Shown: piece after piece, positions 39,493 to 48,669 of the stretch
Layout of the letters: each line of letters begins with the position of its first letter
How positions within the stretch are numbered: position 1 is the stretch's first letter
Source: an uncultured Clostridium sp.
GTDB taxonomy: Bacteria; Bacillota_I; Bacilli_A; RF39; UBA660
Direction: 5' to 3'
DNA: 64,000 bases
NCBI GenBank assembly: GCA_902492325.1
Contig: CABULC010000002.1
Coordinates: 262,411-326,410, forward strand
Made by a program: the position numbers and the translations under genes
The notes under the pieces: model-generated
Seen by the model: only the letters and a program-made list of their open reading frames with translations
The model's database searches: none
What the model was told of the DNA's origin: nothing

Positions 39493-40149
39493 ATGAAAAA
39501 GATAGTAATAGTATTTTTAAGTTTTTTATTTTTTTTAACAAATGTATATGCTGAAAGAAAAGAGGTAACATTTGAATCTTGTGTTGATGGAGATACAATA
39601 AAAGTATTGATAGATGGAAAGAAAACAACAGTAAGATTTTTAGCAGTAGATACTCCTGAAACTAAACATCCTAAAAAGGGAGTGGAACCATACGGAAAAG
39701 AAGCAAGCGATTATACATGTAATAGAGTTAAAAATGCAAAAAAACTTGAAATTGAATATGATAGCGGTAGCTCTAAAACTGATAAATATGAAAGAGCACT
39801 TGGATGGATATTTGTAGATGATTCACTACTTCAAAAAGAATTAATACAAAAAGGATATGCTAAAGTAGCATACTTATATGGTAAATATATGTACACTGAA
39901 GAATTAGAGCAAGAAGAAGAAAAAGCACAAGAAGCAAAACTTGGAGTATGGAGTGATGAAGTACAAAATCAAACAAATAGTACCACTAAAGAAGAAGTAA
40001 AAGATACTAAAACAGAAAACAAAGAAGAAAAATCATTCGTAGAAGAACTAATAGATAAATTGCTAGATGCTATTAAAGATGCTATAAATAATCTATTTAA
40101 AAAATTAAAGAAAATAATTACAAAAGAAATTAATAAAATATTTGACTAA
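39493..40149 (+). CDS. Secreted thermonuclease (SNase-like)
   Basis: Signal peptide, VDGDTIKV and VRFLAVDTPE motifs. Confidence 0.8.
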   Translation: MKKIVIVFLSFLFFLTNVYAERKEVTFESCVDGDTIKVLIDGKKTTVRFLAVDTPETKHPKKGVEPYGKEASDYTCNRVKNAKKLEIEYDSGSSKTDKYERALGWIFVDDSLLQKELIQKGYAKVAYLYGKYMYTEELEQEEEKAQEAKLGVWSDEVQNQTNSTTKEEVKDTKTENKEEKSFVEELIDKLLDAIKDAINNLFKKLKKIITKEINKIFD

Positions 40150-40197
40150 AAAATATAATATATTATAATAATATGTACTATATTGGAGAAAAAAGCT

Positions 40198-41349
40198 ATG
40201 AAAAAAGATCAAAAATATTTAATTGCATTAGAACTTAATCTTAGTAAACTTAGTAAAAAGAATAGAGATAAAATAGTTTCTAAGTATTATGATATTATTG
40301 AAGAAGAAAAAACCAAGAAAAGAAAAATAACAAGTATTCTTAAAGATTTAGGTAAACCAGAAGAAGTTGCTAAAAGAGAAATAGAAAATCTTAAAAAGAA
40401 TAATAAACTTAAAGATAAAGTAAATAATATTATAAAGAGTATAAAGAATAAATTCAAAAAGAAAGATAAACCTAAAAAAGAGAAAAAAGAAAAAGTAAAA
40501 AAAGAGAAAACTAAAAAAGAAAGTCTATTTTCTAGAATTAAAAATAAAATTAAAAGAAAAGATACATTAAAAAATAATATTGAAGATGTTATAGAAGAAT
40601 CTAAAGAAGAAATAAGTAATGTAACTGAAATAGTAACTGAAAAAAAGATATTTGAAAGTAAAAGTTCTAGAATAAAAAGAATCATTTATAAGACTTTAGG
40701 ATTACTTTTAACAATAATACTACTATTTGTATGGTTATGGTTAGTAATTGTCTTTATGGCCTCTATATTTGCTTTATTAGATGGTGTAAAACTATATGGA
40801 ATTAATATTGCATTACTTGGAATAGTACTTCTAGTATTAACAATAGTTATATTAATTAACAAAAGTATATTTAGAAAGAAAATAAGTTTAAAGTGGTCAC
40901 TAATATTTATAATATCATTTATAGTTATTATAGCATTCGGAGTAACATTATCACTAAAAGAAATATCCAAAATTAAAACAACTCATGATGTTAGTGATAA
41001 ATATACTATGACAAGATCATTTACAACATATAAAATGCCAAGTGATAATAAACCATTATATATTACATTTAATAGTAATTATAAAACCAAATATATAGTA
41101 GAATATGATGAATCTATGAAAGGCAAAATAGGAGTAGAAGTAAAATATTATGAATGTTATTATGACTATTTTATAAAGAAAGGTTCAGATAATATTTATA
41201 TATCATTAAAACTAAATAAAAGAGATCGTTTAAGTGTATATATTGACGACTTAAAAGAAGGAAAAATATACGATAATGATGAATTAGAAAGATATACTGT
41301 AAAAATAACTGGTAGTAAAAGTGATATGGAAAAGGTAGTTATAGATTAA
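40198..41349 (+). CDS. DUF1700-like membrane protein with K-rich linker
   Basis: N-terminal LIALELNLSKLSKKNRDKIVSKYYDII; central TM helices. Confidence 0.45.
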   Translation: MKKDQKYLIALELNLSKLSKKNRDKIVSKYYDIIEEEKTKKRKITSILKDLGKPEEVAKREIENLKKNNKLKDKVNNIIKSIKNKFKKKDKPKKEKKEKVKKEKTKKESLFSRIKNKIKRKDTLKNNIEDVIEESKEEISNVTEIVTEKKIFESKSSRIKRIIYKTLGLLLTIILLFVWLWLVIVFMASIFALLDGVKLYGINIALLGIVLLVLTIVILINKSIFRKKISLKWSLIFIISFIVIIAFGVTLSLKEISKIKTTHDVSDKYTMTRSFTTYKMPSDNKPLYITFNSNYKTKYIVEYDESMKGKIGVEVKYYECYYDYFIKKGSDNIYISLKLNKRDRLSVYIDDLKEGKIYDNDELERYTVKITGSKSDMEKVVID

Positions 41350-41726
41350 TTACCTTTTTTTAATTCATCTAATTTTTTATTTAACTCATCAATTGCTTTT
41401 TTTAAAATATCTATATCATTATTACTAGAAGGATACACTTCTCTAATAATTTTTCTTATTTTTTCTATATCATAAATAACTGGATTATATAAACATTTAA
41501 CCTCTTTAGAATTAATATTGATAATACTACCATTAATTCTAGATTCTATTATATTTTGACTAGCTGCATTCGTAAGAATAGTTTGACCTATAAGAATAAT
41601 CCAGTTTCCTAACATATTTTGTTCAGGAGCAGTTAAACTATCAACTAACACTAAACCTAAAATAAATCCAACTGTAGCTGAATATCTAGGATTAGTATTA
41701 AATATATCATCATAACTCTGCTTCAT
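41346..41726 (-). CDS. Hypothetical 126-aa protein
   Basis: ORF, no clear RBS. Confidence 0.3.
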   Translation of the reverse strand: MKQSYDDIFNTNPRYSATVGFILGLVLVDSLTAPEQNMLGNWIILIGQTILTNAASQNIIESRINGSIININSKEVKCLYNPVIYDIEKIRKIIREVYPSSNNDIDILKKAIDELNKKLDELKKGN

Positions 41727-41791
41727 ATTTAATAATATGTTTTAAGTACAAAAAATCTTACGAAACATATATTACTAAAGAAGGAGATTAT

Positions 41792-42016
41792 ATGAATTTA
41801 TGTGATTTAGAACTTAATAAAAAGGCCATTATAGATAATATATATTTACATGGGATTAAGAAAAGAAGGTTATACGATTTAGGATTTATACCAGGAGAAG
41901 GTATATATAAAATGTTTGATTCAATATATAAAAATCCAAAATGTTATAAAATAAAGAATACATTTCTAGCTTTAAGAGATGAAGATACAGTTAATATAGA
42001 GGTTCATTATGAATAA
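41792..42016 (+). CDS. feoA: Ferrous iron transport protein FeoA
   Basis: Small SH3-like ORF immediately before feoB. Confidence 0.8.
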   Translation: MNLCDLELNKKAIIDNIYLHGIKKRRLYDLGFIPGEGIYKMFDSIYKNPKCYKIKNTFLALRDEDTVNIEVHYE

Positions 42017-43988
42017 AAATATTCTTTTAGTTGGAAATCCTAATGTAGGGAAATCTTCTATTTTTAATATATTAACTCATTCACATGAACACACTGGAAA
42101 CTGGACAGGTAAAACTGTAAAATTAGCAAGAAAAAGTATAATAAATACTAATTACACTTTAATAGATTTACCAGGTATATATTCGTTATCTAGTCTTAGT
42201 GATGAAGAAATAGTAGCAAAAGACACACTTCTGTTTGAACAATATGAAAAAATAATATATGTAATGGATTCTTCAAATATAGAAAAGAATTTACATTTAT
42301 TACTTCAAATATTAGAAATTAATAAAAATATAATATTATGTTTAAATATGGTAGATGAACTTAATATAAAAGGCATAAAAGTTAATGATAAAAAGTTAAG
42401 TGAAATATTAGGTATAAAAGTAATAAGGTGTTCAGCATCTAAAAATATAGGTATTAAAGAATTAATAGAGTCCTTAGATGAAGAAAGTAAAAGCAGTTAT
42501 AATTATGTATATGACTATAATATAGAAAAGGGTATATCTAATATATTTGAGTATTTAACTCATCAATTTAAAAGTAGATTTATAGCACTAAAACTTTTAG
42601 AAAAAGATATAACTCTAGTTGATTCAATTAAAACTAAGTATAAGCTAGATATAATTGATAAGGATATACAAAATTATTTAATGCACGTAAACTCTGAAGA
42701 AATATCAGATAGTGTATCAAGTTTATTAAATAATATATCTAAAAAAATATATAATGAAGTGGTGGATACTTCTAAAGAAAAAGAGATAGGCACGATTGAT
42801 AAAATATTTTCTAAAAAAATATATGCTTTACCAATAATGTTCATAATAATGTTTGGTATATTTTTTATAACTATAGTGCTTGCTAACTATCCAAGTGAAT
42901 TACTAAGTTTAATTTTTAATAAATTTGAAATATGTTTAGTAAATCTTTCGAATATATTAAAAATTCCATCATATATATATGAACCTATCATCTATGGAAT
43001 TTATAGAGTAGTAAGTTTTATAGTGTCAGTTATGTTTCCACCACTTGTAATATTTTTCTTCTTGTTTACTTATGCCGAAGAAAGTGGAATATTACCAAGA
43101 CTTGCATTTAATTTTGATAAAGTGTTTAAATGCTCAGGTTGTCATGGAAAACAAGCATTAACAATATGTTCAGGTTTTGGATGTAATGCTTGCGCAATAG
43201 TTGGAAGTAGAATAATAGATAGTAAAAGAGATAAATTAATTGCTATATTAACAAATTCGTTCATACCATGTAATGGAAGATTTCCAATGATAATCGCATT
43301 AATTACAATGTTCTTTACTAATTCAAACAATAAATTACAAGTATCATTATATTTAACATTATTTGTTATTTTAGCAATTCTAATATCCTTACTAACTTCA
43401 TTTATTCTATCTAAAACTATATTAAAAGGATATAATGGATTTTTTATATTAGAACTTCCAGACTATAAAAAAGTAAAATTTAAAAAAGTATTAAAGAATA
43501 GTTTAATTTATAAATCGTTATCTATATTAAAAAAAGCAGTATTAGTTTCTATACCATGTGGTATTATTATTTACTTAATGACTAATACTACTATAGGAAA
43601 TTTGTCTTTATTTAAAATTGCAAGTAATTTTTTAGAACCATTTGGTAAATTATTAGGATTAGACGGTGTAATACTTTTATCATTCTTTTTAGCTCTTCCG
43701 GCTAATGAAATAGTTCTACCAATAATTATAATGGGATATCTAGGAAGTAAAAATGTACCAATGATATCTAATTATTTAACAATAAAAGAAGTACTCATTA
43801 ACAATAGTTGGACTTATATGACAGCACTTTCTACTATATTATTTTCTATAATGCATTTCCCATGCGGAACAACACTTGCTACTATAAAAAGTGAAGTAGG
43901 TACTAAATGGATGATTTATAGTTTCTTTATACCTCTTATAACTGGAATATTATTTTTGTTTATTTTAAATTTCTTGCACGGCTTTTAA
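42009..43988 (+). CDS. feoB: Ferrous iron transporter FeoB
   Basis: G-domain GNPNVGKSS, polytopic C-terminus. Confidence 0.9.
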   Translation: MNKNILLVGNPNVGKSSIFNILTHSHEHTGNWTGKTVKLARKSIINTNYTLIDLPGIYSLSSLSDEEIVAKDTLLFEQYEKIIYVMDSSNIEKNLHLLLQILEINKNIILCLNMVDELNIKGIKVNDKKLSEILGIKVIRCSASKNIGIKELIESLDEESKSSYNYVYDYNIEKGISNIFEYLTHQFKSRFIALKLLEKDITLVDSIKTKYKLDIIDKDIQNYLMHVNSEEISDSVSSLLNNISKKIYNEVVDTSKEKEIGTIDKIFSKKIYALPIMFIIMFGIFFITIVLANYPSELLSLIFNKFEICLVNLSNILKIPSYIYEPIIYGIYRVVSFIVSVMFPPLVIFFFLFTYAEESGILPRLAFNFDKVFKCSGCHGKQALTICSGFGCNACAIVGSRIIDSKRDKLIAILTNSFIPCNGRFPMIIALITMFFTNSNNKLQVSLYLTLFVILAILISLLTSFILSKTILKGYNGFFILELPDYKKVKFKKVLKNSLIYKSLSILKKAVLVSIPCGIIIYLMTNTTIGNLSLFKIASNFLEPFGKLLGLDGVILLSFFLALPANEIVLPIIIMGYLGSKNVPMISNYLTIKEVLINNSWTYMTALSTILFSIMHFPCGTTLATIKSEVGTKWMIYSFFIPLITGILFLFILNFLHGF

Positions 43989-43996
43989 CCCAAGAA

Positions 43997-44020
43997 AAAA
44001 ACTCTAGAAAATCTAGAGTT
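43997..44020 (-). terminator. Terminator for tRNA-Asn (hairpin also closes feoB)
   Basis: actctagaaaatctagagt palindrome, T-run on minus strand. Confidence 0.5.
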
Positions 44021-44030
44021 AATATTCAAC

Positions 44031-44106
44031 TGGCGCCTGATGCAGGACTCGGACCTGCGACCTAACGGTTAACAGCCGTGCGCTCTACCGACTGAGCTAA
44101 TCAGGC
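44031..44106 (-). tRNA. trnN: tRNA-Asn (anticodon GTT)
   Basis: rc reads gcctgattagctcagtcggtagagcgcacggctGTTaaccg...ggttcgagtcctgcatcaggcgcca. Confidence 0.9.
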
Positions 44107-44209
44107 ACTTGCATAAATAATTATAGATTATCATTTTATATTTGTCAATAAAAATATGGACTTTTATTATAAAAATTGATAAAATTAATATGAATTAAGA
44201 GGGAAAAGT

Positions 44210-45232
44210 ATGAATAATGATTTAGAAATGGTAGATTTAAGTAATATTAATCCAAACACTAACACAAATACTAATAATGTAGAAGTACAAAATACAAACC
44301 CAAGTAATCCTAATCACATTAGTATTTTAGAGATGTATGGTGAAAACTTAAGTAGAAAAGAATATGTAACAAATCCAGCTATCGGAAGAGATAGTGAAAT
44401 AGAACAAGCTATTGTAATACTTTTAACACCAGAAAAGAGTGCTCTTTTAGTAGGTAAAGCTGGTGTTGGTAAAACTGCAATAGTAGAAGGCATAGGGTAC
44501 AGAATGAAAAATGGTATGATACCAAATGCATTAAAACCATATGAATTAATAAAAGTTAATATTTCAAGTTTACTTGGTGAAACAAAAGTAGGCGAAGGAC
44601 AATCTGAAAATAGACTTCAATTATTAGTTGATGAATTAAAAACTAAAAAGAATATTATATTATTCATAGATGAAGTTCACCTTCTAGTAAATAGAAACAC
44701 TACAAATATGAGCATAGACTTTGCCAATATGTTAAAGCCAGGTCTAGACCGTGGTGATATTAAAATGATAGGTGCAACAACATACGAAGAATATGAAGCA
44801 TATATTTTAAGAGATAGAGCCTTCTTAAGACGTTTCTTAAAAGTAGATGTTGCTGAGCCAAATGAAGATCAATGTACTAAGATATTGCTTGGAACATATC
44901 CTAAATATGAAAAAAGAACTGGTGTAAAACTAGAATATACTGACTATTTAAAAGAAAAAATATTTAGATTCATTGTTCAGTTTACAGATGAATATAAAAG
45001 AATCTACGAAATAGGTAATAGATATCCAGATGTAGCTTTAACAATAGTAATGAGTGCATTCTCACTTGCTTCATATGAAAATAGTCCAGTAGTAACAATG
45101 AAACATTTTTATAAAGCATTATGTAGAACTAAAGTAGTATATGAAGATGCTAAAGTAAAAGAAATCGCAAGATTCAAAGAGTTATTTAAAGATATACTTG
45201 CTGAAGAAAATGTTGACTTAAATGATATGTAA
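44210..45232 (+). CDS. Orphan ClpA/ClpB D1-like AAA+ domain protein with N/T/P-rich N-terminal low-complexity region; no N-domain, no D2
   Basis: LLVGKAGVGKTAIVEGIGYRM, ILFIDEVH, GATTYEEY, RRF Arg finger; pore-loop Tyr replaced (KVGEG vs KYRGE). Confidence 0.7.
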   Translation: MNNDLEMVDLSNINPNTNTNTNNVEVQNTNPSNPNHISILEMYGENLSRKEYVTNPAIGRDSEIEQAIVILLTPEKSALLVGKAGVGKTAIVEGIGYRMKNGMIPNALKPYELIKVNISSLLGETKVGEGQSENRLQLLVDELKTKKNIILFIDEVHLLVNRNTTNMSIDFANMLKPGLDRGDIKMIGATTYEEYEAYILRDRAFLRRFLKVDVAEPNEDQCTKILLGTYPKYEKRTGVKLEYTDYLKEKIFRFIVQFTDEYKRIYEIGNRYPDVALTIVMSAFSLASYENSPVVTMKHFYKALCRTKVVYEDAKVKEIARFKELFKDILAEENVDLNDM

Positions 45233-45405
45233 AAAAATTAAATTATATATAAAATTATAAAATACATAGAAAATTCAATTGTGAATAACATTTATCACTA
45301 TAGAATTTTCTTTTTTTATTGTTAATAACTTGTTGAAAAAAGAATTTTACTGATTTGCATGTATTTATCTCATTTTGTATTATTAACTCCAAGAAAGGAA
45401 GAAAT

Positions 45406-46290
45406 ATGAAAAGAGTTATAAAAGTAAGAAATATAAGTAAAACAATAAATAAAAAGAAAATATTAGATAATATTAACTTTGATATTTATGAAGGAGAAAT
45501 AGTAGGACTAGTAGGTAAGAATGGGGCAGGAAAGTCAACTTTATTAAAAATAATGACAGGTCTTTATAGTTATGATGAAGGAGAAATATATTATTATAAT
45601 TATAATTTAAAAACTGATTATGAAAAAGCTATGTCAATTGTAGGGACACTAATAGAAAATCCGAATATGTATAATAATCTTTCTGGTAAAAAGAATTTAG
45701 AGCTATTTAAATCAATGCTTAAAGGCATAGACGAAGGAACTATAGAAGAGATAGTAAGAATAGTGGAAATGGAAAAATATCTAGGAAAGAAGTTTAAAAC
45801 ATATTCACTAGGCATGAAAGAAAGATTAGGAATAGCTTCTTCTCTAATCAATAAACCTAAAATATTAATACTAGATGAACCAACTAATGGACTTGATAGA
45901 GAAGGCGTTAAAAATACAATGAAAATGTTAAAAGAATTAAAAGATACGACTATAATAATATCCTCACATATGCTTAGTGACATAGAAGAACTATGTAATA
46001 AAATAATTTTTATAAATGATGGTAAAATCGATAGTATAAAAATAAAACAAAATGATAAAAAGAAAAATATAGTATTTGAAGTAGATGATTTTTCAAAAGC
46101 TAGACTTATTATAAAAGATTATTGTATAAATGAAAATTTAGAAGTATATGAATCTGATGATATAGTAAGTTTAATAAATAAAGAATTAGTATTAAATGAT
46201 ATAAATGTTTATAGAATAAGTGAAGCTACAAATACTTTAGAAAAAGATTTCTTTAGAATGATAGGTAAGTCTAATGATAAAACTAATTAA
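45406..46290 (+). CDS. ABC transporter ATP-binding protein
   Basis: GKNGAGKSTLLK, LSGGMKERL-like signature, ILILDEPT. Confidence 0.85.
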   Translation: MKRVIKVRNISKTINKKKILDNINFDIYEGEIVGLVGKNGAGKSTLLKIMTGLYSYDEGEIYYYNYNLKTDYEKAMSIVGTLIENPNMYNNLSGKKNLELFKSMLKGIDEGTIEEIVRIVEMEKYLGKKFKTYSLGMKERLGIASSLINKPKILILDEPTNGLDREGVKNTMKMLKELKDTTIIISSHMLSDIEELCNKIIFINDGKIDSIKIKQNDKKKNIVFEVDDFSKARLIIKDYCINENLEVYESDDIVSLINKELVLNDINVYRISEATNTLEKDFFRMIGKSNDKTN

Positions 46291-46978
46291 AAATGAATTT
46301 TTAAAACTTGGAATATTAAAAATAATACTTTTGAATTTAATATTTTTAGTAACTATTACAGTTTATTATTGTGTAAACAAAAGAGTTATCACTGAAGAAT
46401 TTTTACTATCATTAATACCCTTTATAGGAGTAGGAGTGTCAATCTTATTTTGTGGTATTATGTCAAATGAATATAAGAATGGTACATTTAGAATTTACCT
46501 CGTAAAACCGGTAAGAAGAACTAAAGTATATATATCAAAGTTATTAACAATTTTTTTGACAACATCCTTCATTTTAATACAAAACTTTACAATTTACGCA
46601 TTATTGACACATGACATAAGTGTAAACTTTACTATAAAATACTTTAGTTATTCACATTCATTAATATTAATTTCAATAATTATTATAATGTTATCAACAA
46701 TCATAAAATCATCTTCACTAACTTCAGGAATAGTTATAATGTTATTAACATTCGGTTTTTCACTATTTGAATTGCTTCAACTTATTAACATGAATTTTCT
46801 TGAATATACTTTTCTACCATATTTAGATTTAAATGTATTAAACAAATTAGAATACGTAAATGCAATATTGGGTGTAAATTTATCACTAAAAAAATCAATT
46901 ATCATAAATTCTATATATTCTATACTATTTTTTATAATTGGAATTTATATATTCAATAAAAAAGATATTAAATGTTAA
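46274..46978 (+). CDS. ABC-2 type permease
   Basis: Hydrophobic ORF overlapping ATPase gene. Confidence 0.65.
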   Translation: MIKLIKNEFLKLGILKIILLNLIFLVTITVYYCVNKRVITEEFLLSLIPFIGVGVSILFCGIMSNEYKNGTFRIYLVKPVRRTKVYISKLLTIFLTTSFILIQNFTIYALLTHDISVNFTIKYFSYSHSLILISIIIIMLSTIIKSSSLTSGIVIMLLTFGFSLFELLQLINMNFLEYTFLPYLDLNVLNKLEYVNAILGVNLSLKKSIIINSIYSILFFIIGIYIFNKKDIKC

Positions 46979-47532
46979 TATCCTTTCTTTTTATAATAGT
47001 CATGTAATTCTTTAAATCTATTAAAGTGAACTATTTCTCTTTGCCTTAAGAAACTAAGTGGAGCAAGTAAACTTTCATCATCAGTTAAGTCCATTAAGTT
47101 TTCATAAGTAGCTCGAGCTTTTTCTTCAGCAGCCATATCTTCTTGAAGATCAACTATTGGGTCTCCAGTAGACGCTATATAAGCAGCAGTGAATGGAATA
47201 CCATCTTGGTTAAATGGAAATACTCCTTTTTTATGTGATGTATACCATCCTTCAAGTCCATTTTTCTTTAACTCATCAACAGTGGCATCTTTAAGTAATT
47301 GACTAACCATCGTGCAAATCATCTCAACATGTCCGAGTTCCTCAGTACCTATATCAGAAAGAAGGGCTTTACCTTTATCATCAGGCATAGTAAATCTCTG
47401 CATTAAATATCTAAGTGATGCTCCGAGTTCACCATCACTACCACCAACTTGAGTGATTAACTGTTTAGCCATCTTAATATCTTTTTTTCTAACATTAACT
47501 GGATATTCTAAAGTCTTTTCATATTTAAACAT
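46975..47532 (-). CDS. cotJC: Spore coat protein CotJC (manganese catalase family)
   Basis: GELGASLRYLMQRF and TEELGHVEMI motifs; GGGAGG RBS. Confidence 0.85.
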   Translation of the reverse strand: MFKYEKTLEYPVNVRKKDIKMAKQLITQVGGSDGELGASLRYLMQRFTMPDDKGKALLSDIGTEELGHVEMICTMVSQLLKDATVDELKKNGLEGWYTSHKKGVFPFNQDGIPFTAAYIASTGDPIVDLQEDMAAEEKARATYENLMDLTDDESLLAPLSFLRQREIVHFNRFKELHDYYKKKGY

Positions 47533-47533
47533 A

Positions 47534-48025
47534 CTAGTTACCTCCCTTATCCCAAGGCCAAGGATTATCTATCCAAGTCCATTTATCACTACTAACTACA
47601 TCTTTTGCACATAATGGACCATAAACATTCTCATATTTATTCTTAAGTTCATTATACATTTTCTTATATTCTTGAAAGTTACTTAACATTTTTTTATCAT
47701 CAGGATATATATCTAAATATAAATTCATATCTTTCATCGCAAAATTATACATTTGTATTTTATAAAGTAACATATCTCTATCATTAGTGACTTTTAATTT
47801 ATAAACATGATTTTTATATCTTGAGTACATATCACTAAACATATTACCTTTATTAAATCCTTCCATAGGTGAATACAAAGATTCATCTCTATTAAAATTA
47901 ATACTATCGATATTTATATCTATATCATTATATTTACTCTTATCAATATACTTATTAATATCATATTCATATTCAAGTTCATTAGACACTATATCGAAGT
48001 AATTATTATTTTCATCATATAACAT
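47534..48025 (-). CDS. cotJB: CotJB-domain protein with N-terminal extension (possible CotJA-CotJB fusion)
   Basis: C-terminal YNFAMKDMNLYLDIYPDDKKMLSNFQEY matches CotJB; AGGAGG RBS. Confidence 0.6.
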   Translation of the reverse strand: MLYDENNNYFDIVSNELEYEYDINKYIDKSKYNDIDINIDSINFNRDESLYSPMEGFNKGNMFSDMYSRYKNHVYKLKVTNDRDMLLYKIQMYNFAMKDMNLYLDIYPDDKKMLSNFQEYKKMYNELKNKYENVYGPLCAKDVVSSDKWTWIDNPWPWDKGGN

Positions 48026-48159
48026 TTTTAAATCCTCCTAGACTATTGTATGTAAGTTAAAAAACTATCGTATAGACTAGTTACTCAAAAAAATGTAAAA
48101 TATACAAAAATACTTGTATATATTTTTCTAATAATGATACAATGAATATGGTGATATAA

Positions 48160-48612
48160 ATGCAATATAAAATAACAACTTATTCCGAAGATGATACTAT
48201 CGAATTAGCTCAAAATATTGAATCTGAAAAGTTTCCAAATATGGTTATATGTCTTATTGGAGATTTAGGAAGTGGTAAAACAGTATTTGCTAAAGCATTC
48301 GCAAAAGCGTTAGGCATTAATGACAATATTACATCTCCAACATTTAATATTATTAAAGAATATGATGGTGGTGAAATGAAAATGTTCCATATGGATGTTT
48401 ATCGTTTAAGTGATATCAAACAAGATTTAGGAATAGAAGAATACTTCACTAAACGTGGTGTGTGCATAATAGAATGGGCTGATTTAATAGAAGATATCTT
48501 ACCTAAAAATAGATTAGATATTAAATTTAAAATGGTTGATGAGAATACTAGACAATTAGTAATCACACCACATGGAAATAAGTATGAAGATTTATGTGAA
48601 AGAGTTTTATAG
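48160..48612 (+). CDS. tsaE: tRNA t6A biosynthesis protein TsaE
   Basis: GDLGSGKTVFAKAFAKALGI. Confidence 0.85.
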   Translation: MQYKITTYSEDDTIELAQNIESEKFPNMVICLIGDLGSGKTVFAKAFAKALGINDNITSPTFNIIKEYDGGEMKMFHMDVYRLSDIKQDLGIEEYFTKRGVCIIEWADLIEDILPKNRLDIKFKMVDENTRQLVITPHGNKYEDLCERVL

Positions 48613-48628
48613 AACTCTTTTTTTTTAA
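48601..48628 (+). terminator. Terminator after tsaE
   Basis: agagtt-ttatag-aactct plus T-run. Confidence 0.5.
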
Positions 48629-48669
48629 TAAAAAATATAGTAAAATTATTATTATAATAGGAGGGGTCA

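Noticed and set aside
40287-40970. Minus-strand ORFs 40287-40685 and 40686-40970
   Set aside because: Antisense to the K-rich region of the DUF1700-like gene; F/L/S-rich complement of the K/E codons.
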